A program made the translations under genes and the position numbers. The notes under the pieces are model-generated. The model worked only from the letters and a program-made list of their open reading frames with translations. It ran no database searches and was not told the origin of the DNA. Positions 31,773 through 42,894 of a stretch of DNA of 64,000 nucleotides are shown here, one piece after another (the first letter of the stretch is position 1; every line of letters starts with the position of its first letter). The DNA comes from Bacillota bacterium (GTDB lineage Bacteria; Bacillota; Bacilli; Bacillales; Amphibacillaceae), in the NCBI GenBank assembly GCA_035301985.1, contig DATGTE010000010.1:10241-74240 (forward strand), in the 5' to 3' direction.

Positions 31773-32648
31773 TCATCCATCAATATGATATGCTCGATAC
31801 ACTTCTCGCTTCGGCAAACGTCTTTCTAATGCGACATGTTTAATGGCCTCTTTACTCGTCTTCGATTCATTCACTACATAATGTTCGACATGGTCTTTGA
31901 CGGATAGATGACTCCACCACATCGCTTCTGTTGACGTTTCCGTCTGTTTGTTACCTTCAACGATGAGGCAAAATTCACCTTTCAATGGATTGTCTTGGGC
32001 CCACTGTAGTAACTCATCGATCGTGCCACGAATATATTCCTCAAAACGTTTCGTCAACTCCCGAGCGATCGATAGATTACGATTGCCTAATATTTTTTGC
32101 ATGATCGACAACGTATCTTTCAGCCGATAAGGTGATTCATAAAAAATCAATGTCGCTCGTAGAGATTGTAAACGCTGTAGTTCAGATTCTTTGTCATTTT
32201 TCTTTCGAGGTAAAAAGCCATAAAACAAAAATTCATCCGTCGCTAAACCCGAGCCGACAAGTGCACAAAGCGCTGCATTAGCTCCAGGTAATACAACTAC
32301 AGCAATCTCCTGATCAATCGCCGATTGAACGAGTTCATAACCCGGATCTGAAATAGCAGGCATTCCTGCATCACTGACTAAAGCGACCGATTCCCCCCGT
32401 TTCAATCGGTTGAGTAATTGTTCGGTTCGTTTTTCTTTACTATGTTCATGATAACTCGTCATCGGTGTTTGAATCTGAAAATGACTTAATAACTTCTTTG
32501 TATGGCGCGTATCTTCTGCAGCAATGACTGTGACAGTCCGTAATACATTCAACGCTCGATACGTAATATCTTCTAAATTACCAATTGGAGTTGGAACGAC
32601 ATATAATTTCCCTTGGTCCTCTTTTTGAAAGCTTTTTTGAATGTTCAT
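31773..32648 (-). CDS. rsmI: 16S rRNA (cytidine1402-2'-O)-methyltransferase
   Basis: 291 aa with LYVVPTPIGNLEDIT and AEDTR motifs (tetrapyrrole-methylase fold). Confidence 0.94.
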   Translation of the reverse strand: MNIQKSFQKEDQGKLYVVPTPIGNLEDITYRALNVLRTVTVIAAEDTRHTKKLLSHFQIQTPMTSYHEHSKEKRTEQLLNRLKRGESVALVSDAGMPAISDPGYELVQSAIDQEIAVVVLPGANAALCALVGSGLATDEFLFYGFLPRKKNDKESELQRLQSLRATLIFYESPYRLKDTLSIMQKILGNRNLSIARELTKRFEEYIRGTIDELLQWAQDNPLKGEFCLIVEGNKQTETSTEAMWWSHLSVKDHVEHYVVNESKTSKEAIKHVALERRLPKREVYRAYHIDG

Positions 32649-32917
32649 CCTCCATAACCTTCTTTCCCTTGTTCACGAATCAATTGTAGTTTTTCTTGAC
32701 GAGATAATTGTTTAATAGCATATTCTTTTTGCAATGCATGTCGCTTCGTAGAAAACGTTTGCGTGAACATGACTTGAAACGGGCCTCTTCCCCGTGTATA
32801 TTTAGCACCTTGTCCCTTTTCATGCATGCGTAGTCGATTAGGCAAATTATTCGTATATCCTGTATATAATGTATCATCTTTACATTTCAAAATATAAACT
32901 GTATGTCGCTCAGCCAT
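32645..32917 (-). CDS. yazA: GIY-YIG nuclease-family protein YazA
   Basis: 90 aa from the ATG at 32917 (AGAGGA SD) with VYILKC..LYTGYTNNL..R..H motifs. 4-nt overlap with rsmI. Confidence 0.85.
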   Translation of the reverse strand: MAERHTVYILKCKDDTLYTGYTNNLPNRLRMHEKGQGAKYTRGRGPFQVMFTQTFSTKRHALQKEYAIKQLSRQEKLQLIREQGKEGYGG

Positions 32918-33650
32918 AAATAATATCCTCTGCCTCTTCGGTGTATGATCCGTCATCTTTATAAATGTATAAGGGTGGTAATATTTTTAAATCGGGCTTA
33001 CCATCGCGCGTTCCTTCAATCAATAACATATTTGCATCTCGGTCTCGTTTCGGATAAACAAGTCGCATCCGCTTCGGTTCTAATTTATATTTCCGAAATA
33101 ACGTGAGAATATCTACAAGTCGGCCTGGACGATGAACCATCGCGACCTTTCCACCTGGTCGAACATGTAATTTACATGCTTGAACAACTTCTTCTAGTGT
33201 GCAATACACTTCATGACGGGCAATCGTTACATATTCGTTATGGTTATGCTCTGTTTTTGCTGGAGTCGGGAAATAGGGTGGGTTACATGTAACAACATCG
33301 AATTGACTATGGCCAAGAACAGGTTGCATCTTTCTTAGATCACCATGAATCATCGATAGCTGCTGATCAAGATCATTTAAGCAAATATTTCGTTCGGCCA
33401 TGTCGTAAATGCGCTGTTGGATTTCTACACCGACGATTTCAGCATTTGTACGGCGAGACAACAAAAGAGGAATAACCCCATTTCCTGTACATAAATCGAG
33501 AATTTTCCCCCTTTTAATGGGTACGTAGGCGAAGTTTGCCAACAAAATAGCATCCAGCGAAAAAGAAAAAGCAGTCGGACTTTGAATAATTTTCATCTGT
33601 TCATTAGCTAATAAATAATCTATGCGTTCATCATCATATAGTCGTACCAT
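32910..33650 (-). CDS. yabB: SAM-dependent tRNA (adenine-N6)-methyltransferase YabB/TrmN6-like
   Basis: DLCTGNG SAM motif and NPPY catalytic motif. Start trimmed to the ATG at 33650 (GGAAGGGA SD). Confidence 0.88.
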   Translation of the reverse strand: MVRLYDDERIDYLLANEQMKIIQSPTAFSFSLDAILLANFAYVPIKRGKILDLCTGNGVIPLLLSRRTNAEIVGVEIQQRIYDMAERNICLNDLDQQLSMIHGDLRKMQPVLGHSQFDVVTCNPPYFPTPAKTEHNHNEYVTIARHEVYCTLEEVVQACKLHVRPGGKVAMVHRPGRLVDILTLFRKYKLEPKRMRLVYPKRDRDANMLLIEGTRDGKPDLKILPPLYIYKDDGSYTEEAEDIIYG

Positions 33651-33782
33651 TATATTATCCCTTCCATACACTCCTCAAAACAATGGAGTTCATCATGTCG
33701 TTAAAAAGAGCTGTCCCATAACATTTCCTAACTATGGTAACAGCTCTCCTATATTAAAGGATGTTCAACAGTCCGTTTCTGT

Positions 33783-34136
33783 TTATTTTGTTTTACTTAA
33801 AAAATCTAAACAAAACATGCAATCTTCATTTTGTCGAGGACTTCCGAATTCTAGATTACAAATATGGAATCCTTCATCATATAACCTTGCTAAATTATCA
33901 TAACCTTCGCCAGGAATGTCTGTCTCTTTTTTGCTATTTTTATCATCACTTCCATCGCTCATTTCTTCACGGTCTAAGCGATTGCGCAAATGATGATTTT
34001 CCATGGATAATCGGTGATTTTCTTCCAATAACTTACCGAGTTTCCCTTTAAGGTCACCAAGCTGTTCATAGAGCTCACCGATCTGCTTTTCCATATCCGA
34101 TACTTGATCAAAAATTTGTCGATTACTTGCGCTCAC
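33783..34136 (-). CDS. yabA: DNA replication initiation control protein YabA
   Basis: 117 aa with an N-terminal coiled coil ([23 protein letters not shown]) and a C-terminal Zn motif (H.C...C.FC). Confidence 0.93.
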   Translation of the reverse strand: MSASNRQIFDQVSDMEKQIGELYEQLGDLKGKLGKLLEENHRLSMENHHLRNRLDREEMSDGSDDKNSKKETDIPGEGYDNLARLYDEGFHICNLEFGSPRQNEDCMFCLDFLSKTK

Positions 34137-34150
34137 ACCTAATCACCCCA

Positions 34151-34978
34151 CTATTCCGTGGCTTTTGTCGTTATAATGCCTTCTTCTATTAATTCATCGA
34201 CTGTGTATTCAATAACACGTTCCTCTTTTGGAAGTTCGATTTGAACGAGACGTTCGAGAATGTTGAGGCCAATAACATGTCCTTTACCATACGGGGTGTT
34301 CATTTGTTCACCTAAGTCAGGTAATTCCCGTTTAACAGCTTCATATTCATCATTTTCATATTTCAAACAGCACATGAGACGTCCACATAAACCAGATATT
34401 TTTGCAGGATTTAAGGATAGATTTTGGTTTTTTGCCATTTTTATAGATACCGGTTCAAAATCACCTAAAAATGTGGAGCAACAAAGCATTCGTCCGCATG
34501 GACCAATCCCACCTAGCATTTTCGCTTCATCGCGGACACCAATTTGTCTCAATTCAATCCGCGTTTTAAACAAAGCTGCTAAGTCTTTGACAAGTTCGCG
34601 AAAATCGACTCGCCCATCTGCTGTAAAATAAAAAATAACTTTATTCCTGTCAAATGTATATTCTGCATCTACTAAGTTCATATCTAAATGATGTTCGGAT
34701 ATTTTCTTTTCACACATGTAAAAGGCCTGTTCTGCATGTTCCTGGTTTTCAAGTACGGTTGATTGATCTTCCTCACCGGCAATCCGCATCACTTTCTTCA
34801 GAGGAAGGACAACATCCTCTTCATCTACACGTCTATTCGCAATCACTACTTTTCCAAATTCAATCCCTCTGATCGTTTCGACAATGACATAGTTGTCCTT
34901 TCTTATATCATGTTCAGCCGGATCGAAATAGTATATTTTCCCCGCTTTTTTAAAGCGAACACCAACCACATTGATCAT
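34151..34978 (-). CDS. ricT: PSP1-domain protein RicT (YaaT)
   Basis: 275 aa with the GPCGRMLCC..LCGRLMCCL cysteine cluster typical of YaaT/RicT. Confidence 0.94.
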   Translation of the reverse strand: MINVVGVRFKKAGKIYYFDPAEHDIRKDNYVIVETIRGIEFGKVVIANRRVDEEDVVLPLKKVMRIAGEEDQSTVLENQEHAEQAFYMCEKKISEHHLDMNLVDAEYTFDRNKVIFYFTADGRVDFRELVKDLAALFKTRIELRQIGVRDEAKMLGGIGPCGRMLCCSTFLGDFEPVSIKMAKNQNLSLNPAKISGLCGRLMCCLKYENDEYEAVKRELPDLGEQMNTPYGKGHVIGLNILERLVQIELPKEERVIEYTVDELIEEGIITTKATE

Positions 34979-34993
34979 ACTCGATATTCACCT

Positions 34994-35977
34994 CTAAATT
35001 TGAAGTGTGAGTTGTTCCATCACTAAAGTTGCTTGAACATTTTGCTTTAAATGTCTCTTTGCTTGTAGTATATCATGAAGAATCGTTACGAGTTGTTTTT
35101 GTGAAAAATGGAGTACAAACCGATTCAGGCGTTGATCATCAGGACGAAAGACGACCATCCCTTGTTCGTACCCTAAATGAAAATAAAGTATATCTTTAAA
35201 AGCGAGTAACAAAAAATCTAAACCTAATTCTTGCTCTTTGCGCTCTTTAAAATGAGGTAACCAATGTTGATGGATAAATAAATAGGCTTCTTCATTGGTT
35301 TCTGAGAGCTTTTCTATCAATTGTATCATTAGTTTTCTCGCTTGTGCAAACCACTCATCATGACTCCATGCTATGGCATCATCCATATTGTTCGTCAATG
35401 CGCTCATAAACACCGCATCGTGTTCTGTTAACCCAGCTTCTGTCAACTGTTTTTGAAATAAAACGGGGTTCAATGGTTTTAAATCAATCACCTGGCAACG
35501 CGAGCGAATCGTAGGGATGATGGATTGACTATTCTCTGTTAGCATCATTGCCGTTGTTTGGCGATTCGGCTCTTCTAAAAATTTTAATATGCGATTGCTC
35601 GCATTTAATGTTAACGTATCGGCACCCTTAATGATGTACACTTTTTGATTCGTTTCTAGACCTGAATAAATAAATTCCTTTTGCAAATTTTTAATCTGGT
35701 CAATTTTAACGGATTGTCCCTCAGGTTCAATCCAATGCACATCTGGATGGTTTCTCGATTCAATACGCTTACACATATTACATGTATGGCATGGTTCCGT
35801 ACCCGATTTATGTTTACAAAATAATGTTTTGGCGAGCAACTCAGCAATCGCTTCCTTTCCAGTCCCCCGTTCACCTTGCAGTAAATAAGCATGGGAAATG
35901 CGCTTCTTTTTTATACTATTGGTAAGTATTTTACTCGCCAATGGTTGAACATCTGCAACTTCAGCCCATGTTTTCAT
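34994..35977 (-). CDS. holB: DNA polymerase III delta' subunit
   Basis: 327 aa from the ATG at 35977, with HAYLLQGERGTGK and a Zn module C..C..C. Position is syntenic. Confidence 0.92.
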   Translation of the reverse strand: MKTWAEVADVQPLASKILTNSIKKKRISHAYLLQGERGTGKEAIAELLAKTLFCKHKSGTEPCHTCNMCKRIESRNHPDVHWIEPEGQSVKIDQIKNLQKEFIYSGLETNQKVYIIKGADTLTLNASNRILKFLEEPNRQTTAMMLTENSQSIIPTIRSRCQVIDLKPLNPVLFQKQLTEAGLTEHDAVFMSALTNNMDDAIAWSHDEWFAQARKLMIQLIEKLSETNEEAYLFIHQHWLPHFKERKEQELGLDFLLLAFKDILYFHLGYEQGMVVFRPDDQRLNRFVLHFSQKQLVTILHDILQAKRHLKQNVQATLVMEQLTLQI

Positions 35978-36127
35978 AATTCCCATCCTTTTGATATTCC
36001 AAAAATAAAGAAACGACCTCTTTCTAAACAACGACTTTGCATAGATAGAGAGATCGTCATTGAATAGACACTTGATCTTTTCACACTACGCCTTAAGCAA
36101 TCTATTATGACTGTTTTTGTCTATCAT

Positions 36128-37107
<980 letters not shown>

Positions 37108-37208
37108 TTGTTCTTCTCCTTCGTCGACAGTAAAAGCTCACTATACGTCTAAAATCAAAGAACAACCTTTACGTCATACTGCCGAAATATTTACGAAATC
37201 TATTTCAT

Positions 37209-37252
37209 AACATCGATCCGTCGCGAATGAGAGCGAGAGGATCGATGATGTT
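37209..37252. repeat. Interrupted 13-bp hairpin in the tmk upstream gap
   Basis: CATCGATCC-G-TCGC..GCGA-GA-GGATCGATG (37211-37247), followed on the plus strand by ATGTTTATATTTTTT. Confidence 0.6.
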
Positions 37253-37490
37253 TATATTTTTTACTATAAATGGTTGCGCTCGTTTTTTGATAAAAATCAC
37301 GTGTCAACATATGCTTGTATGAACTGCTAGTAAAAGCTTTCTTACATATATTGTAGCATGGTTTCAAGTTTTTTTTAATGAATTAGGATATGTAAATAAT
37401 TGCAAATCCGTTATGAATAGCATGTATACATTTCAAATAAAACGATCACTCCATCGCCCTTTACATTTGAAAACCTCTTATTCCATATAC

Positions 37491-37522
37491 AAAAAAAGCC
37501 TTTGTAACAACGATACAAAGAC
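37491..37522 (-). terminator. csfB terminator
   Basis: CTTTGTA..TACAAAG hairpin followed by GCTTTTTTT on the minus strand. Confidence 0.7.
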
Positions 37523-37596
37523 TTCAATCATCCGATAGCTAACGACAGGACAACAAGATTAACATATACGATTGTCTACATCCATCAATCTTGACT

Positions 37597-37785
37597 CTAT
37601 GAAAATAACGTAGGACGTGTGATGTTTTTTAATTTCTTTAAGTAGTAGTTATATTTCTCTTCTCTTGGTTCCGTGTGAATGATGTTATATTCACACTCAG
37701 AACAAATAAATAAATTATATAAATGAATCCCCCGTTCCTTCTCTTCCTCACAAATGCCACAACGCTCCTTGATTTCAGATCCCAT
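37597..37785 (-). CDS. csfB: Anti-sigma-G factor Gin (CsfB)
   Basis: 62 aa from the ATG at 37785 (GGAGGTG SD) with CGIC..17 residues..CSEC Zn motifs typical of Gin. Confidence 0.85.
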   Translation of the reverse strand: MGSEIKERCGICEEEKERGIHLYNLFICSECEYNIIHTEPREEKYNYYLKKLKNITRPTLFS

Positions 37786-37804
37786 ATCTTCCACCTCCGT
37801 TAGC

Positions 37805-37834
37805 TAGTATCTCCTAATCTAACGGAAGTTATAC
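37805..37834 (-). promoter_or_regulatory. Sigma-F type promoter of csfB
   Basis: GTATA (37834..37830), 15 nt, GGAGATACTA (37814..37805). Fits the sigma-F consensus GYATA-15-GGnnAnAnTA. Confidence 0.55.
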
Positions 37835-37960
37835 GAATAACTTTGAAACTTTTAAAGAGATGTTCTTCATTTCATCACGTAAATCTACTTTTATATGAAG
37901 GAGTTTTGGATGCTTCCCTATTTCATCTGTTGACTGAAGAAAGTTGCAATCAAAGGGGCT

Positions 37961-38227
37961 TCACGAAAGTATGAACAAATGGATGGCTGCAAGCGATGCC
38001 ACCCCAAACAACCCTAAAAATCCTGAAATGACCACAGTAAATACATTGATCGGTATATGTAGTCCAATTGCCCCTCCAAAGATATTTAAAAAGAACAAAC
38101 ATAACACACCGATTGCTAATTTAACCGAGCTTTCTGCTATGAAACGCATCGGCTTCACAGGAGCACCAACGATTAGCAGGATAATAATGAGTACAATCAT
38201 CAACGTAATGACAAGTGTAGAGCTCAA
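37961..38227 (-). CDS. bofA: Pro-sigma-K processing inhibitor BofA
   Basis: 88 aa, two-TM protein. GLHIPINVFTVVISGFLGLFGV matches BofA. TTG start with AAGGAG SD. Confidence 0.9.
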   Translation of the reverse strand: MSSTLVITLMIVLIIILLIVGAPVKPMRFIAESSVKLAIGVLCLFFLNIFGGAIGLHIPINVFTVVISGFLGLFGVASLAAIHLFILS

Positions 38228-38421
38228 CCGAGATCAACTCCTTTTTTCTTGATTTTTCCCTCAGTGCATCTATATGAACATTAAGATAGAAAAAGAACAG
38301 AATGGCTGGCGATTTAAAATCCTTTTCATAGTTCGATAGCACTTCCTGTAGCGATGGCAATGTCTCTTTTTAAATAGGGGTGAAGCATTGGGTGACGTTT
38401 GAACAATTCTTCTCTACAAAT

Positions 38422-38465
38422 ATAAAAAAGACAAGAGTTCGAAAGCCGATTCAATCTCTTGTCTT
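38422..38465 (-). terminator. yaaL terminator (bidirectional shape)
   Basis: AAGACAAGAG..CTCTTGTCTT hairpin followed by TTTTTATATTT on the minus strand. Confidence 0.8.
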
Positions 38466-38500
38466 TTAAGTCGTTTGTTTATTTTATTGGTGTACGAGCA

Positions 38501-38734
38501 TTAAACATGAAGCTGAATAGCACTGAGTTTTCGACGTCTTGCTTCCCGCAACAAAAATAAATATTTCGCTTGTGCGACAGCTTCTCGATATTGTCCTTCT
38601 TCCGTCGGTTCAATGCTTTGGTCCATAATCGAACGAAGCTGTTGCCATTCATTTTGTGCTCTGAAAATATCATCTAGTAATCGTTCATCAATCTCTCTTT
38701 TTTGTTTTTTTCTCCTCACGACACCGTCACCCAA
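38501..38734 (-). CDS. yaaL: YaaL (DUF2508) protein
   Basis: 77 aa. Basic N-terminus and AQAKYLFLLREARRR motif. Lies immediately after recR as in B. subtilis. Confidence 0.85.
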   Translation of the reverse strand: MGDGVVRRKKQKREIDERLLDDIFRAQNEWQQLRSIMDQSIEPTEEGQYREAVAQAKYLFLLREARRRKLSAIQLHV

Positions 38735-38737
38735 ATT

Positions 38738-39334
38738 CTACAATTCTCGTCTTCCTTCTAATGCTTTAGACAATGTTACTTCATCAGCGTATTCTAAATC
38801 ACCGCCAACTGGTAATCCATGTGCAATCCGGGTCGTCTTAATTCCAGATGGTTTCACCAATCGTGAAATGTACATTGCAGTAGCTTCCCCTTCTATGTTC
38901 GGATTCGTAGCCAAAATAATTTCTTTGACGTCTTCGTCTTTTAACCGATTCAATAAATCGGGAACATTAATATCTTCGGGACCGATGCCATCCATCGGTG
39001 AAATTGCTCCATGTAATACATGGTATTTGCCACGAAATTCCTTCATTTTTTCCATAGCAATGACGTCTTTCGGATCTTGTACAACACAAATAACGGATTG
39101 ATCCCTCGACATATCTTGACAAATCGCACATGGTTCCTGGTCTGTTATATGACCGCAAATTGAACAATGGGACAATTCGCGTTTAGCGTTGACGAGTGAA
39201 TTAGCAAATTCAAGTACATCATCATCTTCCATATTTAAAACAAAAAAGGCCAGGCGTACAGCAGTTTTCGGCCCGATTCCTGGCAATTTTGTGAAACTGT
39301 CGATCAGTTTAGAAATCGGTTCTGGATAATACAT
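38738..39334 (-). CDS. recR: Recombination protein RecR
   Basis: 198 aa with an HhH motif (LPGIGPKTA), C4 zinc finger (CSICGH..CAIC) and Toprim domain. Confidence 0.97.
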   Translation of the reverse strand: MYYPEPISKLIDSFTKLPGIGPKTAVRLAFFVLNMEDDDVLEFANSLVNAKRELSHCSICGHITDQEPCAICQDMSRDQSVICVVQDPKDVIAMEKMKEFRGKYHVLHGAISPMDGIGPEDINVPDLLNRLKDEDVKEIILATNPNIEGEATAMYISRLVKPSGIKTTRIAHGLPVGGDLEYADEVTLSKALEGRREL

Positions 39335-39346
39335 GAAGCGTTCCTC

Positions 39347-39667
39347 CTAGAACATGCCACCGCCAGGTAATCCCTTCGTGAATTGACCCATCGTTTCATT
39401 CGTCTTATCATCGATTTGTTTTAATACATCATTCATCGCTGCGATTACCAAATCTTGTAGCATTTCCACATCATCTGGGTCAACGACTTCTTCTTCAATT
39501 TTCACATCTGTAATTTCCTTTTTTCCGTTAGCAATAATCGTAACCATGCCACCGCCGGCAGATGCTTCAAACGTCATTTCATGAAGTTCATCTTGCGCCT
39601 TCATCATTTTTTTCTGCATTTTTTGCATTTGTCTCATCATGTTACCCATATTTCCCATACCTTTCAT
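39347..39667 (-). CDS. yaaK: Nucleoid-associated protein YbaB/EbfC family (YaaK)
   Basis: 106 aa from the ATG at 39667 (AAAGGAGG SD). Starts [18 protein letters not shown] and ends LPGGGMF. Confidence 0.93.
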   Translation of the reverse strand: MKGMGNMGNMMRQMQKMQKKMMKAQDELHEMTFEASAGGGMVTIIANGKKEITDVKIEEEVVDPDDVEMLQDLVIAAMNDVLKQIDDKTNETMGQFTKGLPGGGMF

Positions 39668-39787
39668 GGAAAACGCCTCCTTTGATATACGTAAATGTCC
39701 ATTCATTATTCATTATAAAGGATAGATCAAAAAATCTACAATGGACTCAGTTCTTATCTATTATAAACGCCCCATTCAATCCCTTTC

Positions 39788-41473
39788 CTATTCATGGACT
39801 TCAACAACATCATCACCAAACAGTTTTTTTGCCTCTTCAACGAGAGGATCTTCCTCTTGCTCTTTAGCCGGGGATGACGTACCTTGCTGTTGTACATATT
39901 GTTCACGCAATGGTTTCCAGTCTTTTATTGGAATAGGAATGATTGTACGTGGTTGATTCATCACACTTGCAAGCACGGATTCAACCGTTTCACGGTGATC
40001 GAGAAAAAGCGAGCAGTGAATTTCATACTTAAATGCCACTACCACCGCTTGATCAGAAGCAGCTACGGGGTGACTATCCTGAATCGTCGCATGTGCTGGA
40101 GCATTTGCTGACTTCAATTGATTTAAGAATGAGGCCCATTGCGACTGTATTTCTTTTAAGAAAGATTTCTTCGCTTCTTCCAAACAACTGCGAATCCGCT
40201 CAAATGGAACTTTGAAGGTACTTTTCGTTGCTCGTGATTGGGGTCTTCTCGGCTGCGAAGACGGAGCAGCATTATTTGCCGAAACAGGTGCTTTCTTTAA
40301 AGTCGCCAACTCCTTTTCCAATTGGGCCATTTTATTCGTTAGATTGGAAATCGCTTCTAAATGAGCAGAGTCTGTTTCCTGACTTTGTTGAGGGTTGTTC
40401 GTCACCGCTATTACCGCAATCTCAATAAAAACTTTTGGATTATTTGTCCATTTTATTTCTTGTTGACATTGATTAAATCGACTAATGGCGTCCTGAATCC
40501 ACTCTTCAGAAGCTTCATTCGCCAGTTGCTTAAAATGATCATCGACAGTTGCTCGTTCTAAAATATCTTCCAAAGCTGGTGCACTCTTATATAGCAACAA
40601 ATCCCTTAAAAAGTAAATAAGATCATAAACAAATCGCGCAGGATCTTTTCCACTCTGAATCAAATCGTCGAGCAGTTCTAATCCACTTTGAAGGTGTTGA
40701 TCATGCATGGATTTTACAATATCGGTTAATATTCGTTGCGATACCCCGCCTGTAACAGCAAGAACATCGTCTTGATCCACATGGTCATCACTATAAGAAA
40801 TCGCCTGATCTAAGATGCTCAGAGCATCACGCATTCCACCTTCTGCCGCTAAAGCAACCGCATCCAACGCTTCGCTTGAAACAGCAATCCCCTCTTCATC
40901 AACAATATATTTCATCCGTTCTACAATCGCTTGCTTAGCAATCGGCTTGAAATCAAACCGTTGACATCTGGAGATAATCGTTAGTGGAATTTTATGTGGT
41001 TCCGTTGTAGCTAAAATAAATACAACATGTTCAGGTGGTTCTTCCAACGTTTTTAACAGTGCATTAAATGCATTTACAGAAATCATGTGCACTTCATCAA
41101 TAATATATACTTTATACGGGACAACACTTGAAGCGTATCTAACTTTATCACGAATCTCGCGTATATCGTCAACACTCGTATTAGATGCCGCGTCTATTTC
41201 AATCACATCAGAAATCGATCCCTCTAAAATACCTCGACATGCCGAACACTCATTACACGGTTCTTTGACAGGTGCCTTCTCACAGTTGATTGTTTGTGCT
41301 AATATTTTCGCTGCACTCGTTTTTCCTGTTCCACGTGGACCAGAAAATAAATAAGCGTGCGAAAACTTTTGCTGTACAATTGCATTTTGCAACGTTCGTG
41401 TAATATGTGTTTGGCCGACTACATCTTCGAATGTTCGTGGACGCCAGGCGCGATACAATGCTTGATAGCCCAT
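39788..41473 (-). CDS. dnaX: DNA polymerase III tau subunit
   Basis: 561 aa with a AAA+ P-loop GPRGTGKTS, Zn module C..C..C and DEVHM. Confidence 0.97.
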   Translation of the reverse strand: MGYQALYRAWRPRTFEDVVGQTHITRTLQNAIVQQKFSHAYLFSGPRGTGKTSAAKILAQTINCEKAPVKEPCNECSACRGILEGSISDVIEIDAASNTSVDDIREIRDKVRYASSVVPYKVYIIDEVHMISVNAFNALLKTLEEPPEHVVFILATTEPHKIPLTIISRCQRFDFKPIAKQAIVERMKYIVDEEGIAVSSEALDAVALAAEGGMRDALSILDQAISYSDDHVDQDDVLAVTGGVSQRILTDIVKSMHDQHLQSGLELLDDLIQSGKDPARFVYDLIYFLRDLLLYKSAPALEDILERATVDDHFKQLANEASEEWIQDAISRFNQCQQEIKWTNNPKVFIEIAVIAVTNNPQQSQETDSAHLEAISNLTNKMAQLEKELATLKKAPVSANNAAPSSQPRRPQSRATKSTFKVPFERIRSCLEEAKKSFLKEIQSQWASFLNQLKSANAPAHATIQDSHPVAASDQAVVVAFKYEIHCSLFLDHRETVESVLASVMNQPRTIIPIPIKDWKPLREQYVQQQGTSSPAKEQEEDPLVEEAKKLFGDDVVEVHE

Positions 41474-41568
41474 AATAAACGATCTCCTCTATGAATTCCC
41501 TTTAATTATAACTTATTTCCAGAGTCAATGTGAAACGAAGTGGTTACATCATTTTGCCTTTACTTATT

Positions 41569-41611
41569 AAAAAATAAAACCTCTTATCATATTATGAATC
41601 GATAAGAGGTT
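41569..41611 (-). terminator. SRP RNA terminator
   Basis: AACCTCTTATC..GATAAGAGGTT hairpin followed by TTATTTTTT on the minus strand. Confidence 0.8.
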
Positions 41612-41654
41612 AAACTCCTGAAGACGTTCAGTTCGTCGTGTCTATTTCATATGT

Positions 41655-41928
41655 ATACCGTGCACCCATTCTCGTTAAGACATCCCTATGCGTTACTTAA
41701 GTTCATGGCTCAGTTTAGGCGACCCCACGGCACACAGAAGGATCCACTTACTGCTGCTTCCTCCCGGACCTGACAGGCTTCATGGGTTTCTGTTGCGCAG
41801 GACCTAAACGTCCACACCAATTCCTTAAGGCAGACCATAAAGTCGCCCTACCTCAAATGGGAATTCAGCCTCGCTATAGCGGATTGCGAGTACAAGGCAC
41901 CGCTACTGCCCCGCTTAGCACGGCACTA
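41655..41928 (-). ncRNA. scr: Signal recognition particle RNA, large Bacillus type with Alu domain (scRNA, about 270 nt)
   Basis: The minus strand reads GTGCTAAGCGGGG..GGTCCTGCGCAA..GTCAGGTCCGGGAGGAAGCAGCA..TAAGTAACGC..GGTGCACGGT, colinear with B. subtilis scRNA. Lies between tadA and dnaX. Ends are approximate. Confidence 0.9.
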
Positions 41929-41931
41929 TAT

Positions 41932-41960
41932 ATTATAAAGGTTTTTCACAAAAAAAGCAA
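41932..41960 (-). promoter_or_regulatory. Sigma-A promoter of SRP RNA
   Basis: TTGCTT (41960..41955), 17 nt, TATAAT (41937..41932). Confidence 0.65.
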
Positions 41961-42186
41961 CTACATTTGCAATATGATATATGCCATGTCTTCCCAGTGA
42001 CACGTAAAGGTAACCGTACAAACACTTTGGAAAGTATTTAACTACGTGATAGCACTTCTCTCCTGCAGATTTTAGTCACCATGTGTAAAAAGAAGATCGA
42101 TACAAATTCTCCTTGATCCAGTTTACATCAATCAAAGATGCGGTCTTTGTAAACTTTCATGAAATCGGTTTGCTATATAAAGTCAT

Positions 42187-42747
<561 letters not shown>

Positions 42748-42894
42748 CTATCTCTTCACTCATGGTCAATTACCATGAGCCGCCTACACAATTAAAGAAT
42801 ATCTATGTCTTTTCATTCATATCGTGTAAGTAGGACGATACGCACTGTTTTTATTTTATTCAGATCGATTACATGAAAGTAAAGGAGGATTTAT

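Noticed and set aside
39788-41473. Programmed frameshift site in dnaX (gamma subunit production)
   Set aside because: The only A-rich slippery-like run (GCA AAA AAA CTG) lies about 12 codons before the stop. It could not produce a meaningful truncated product. Bacillus dnaX is not known to frameshift.
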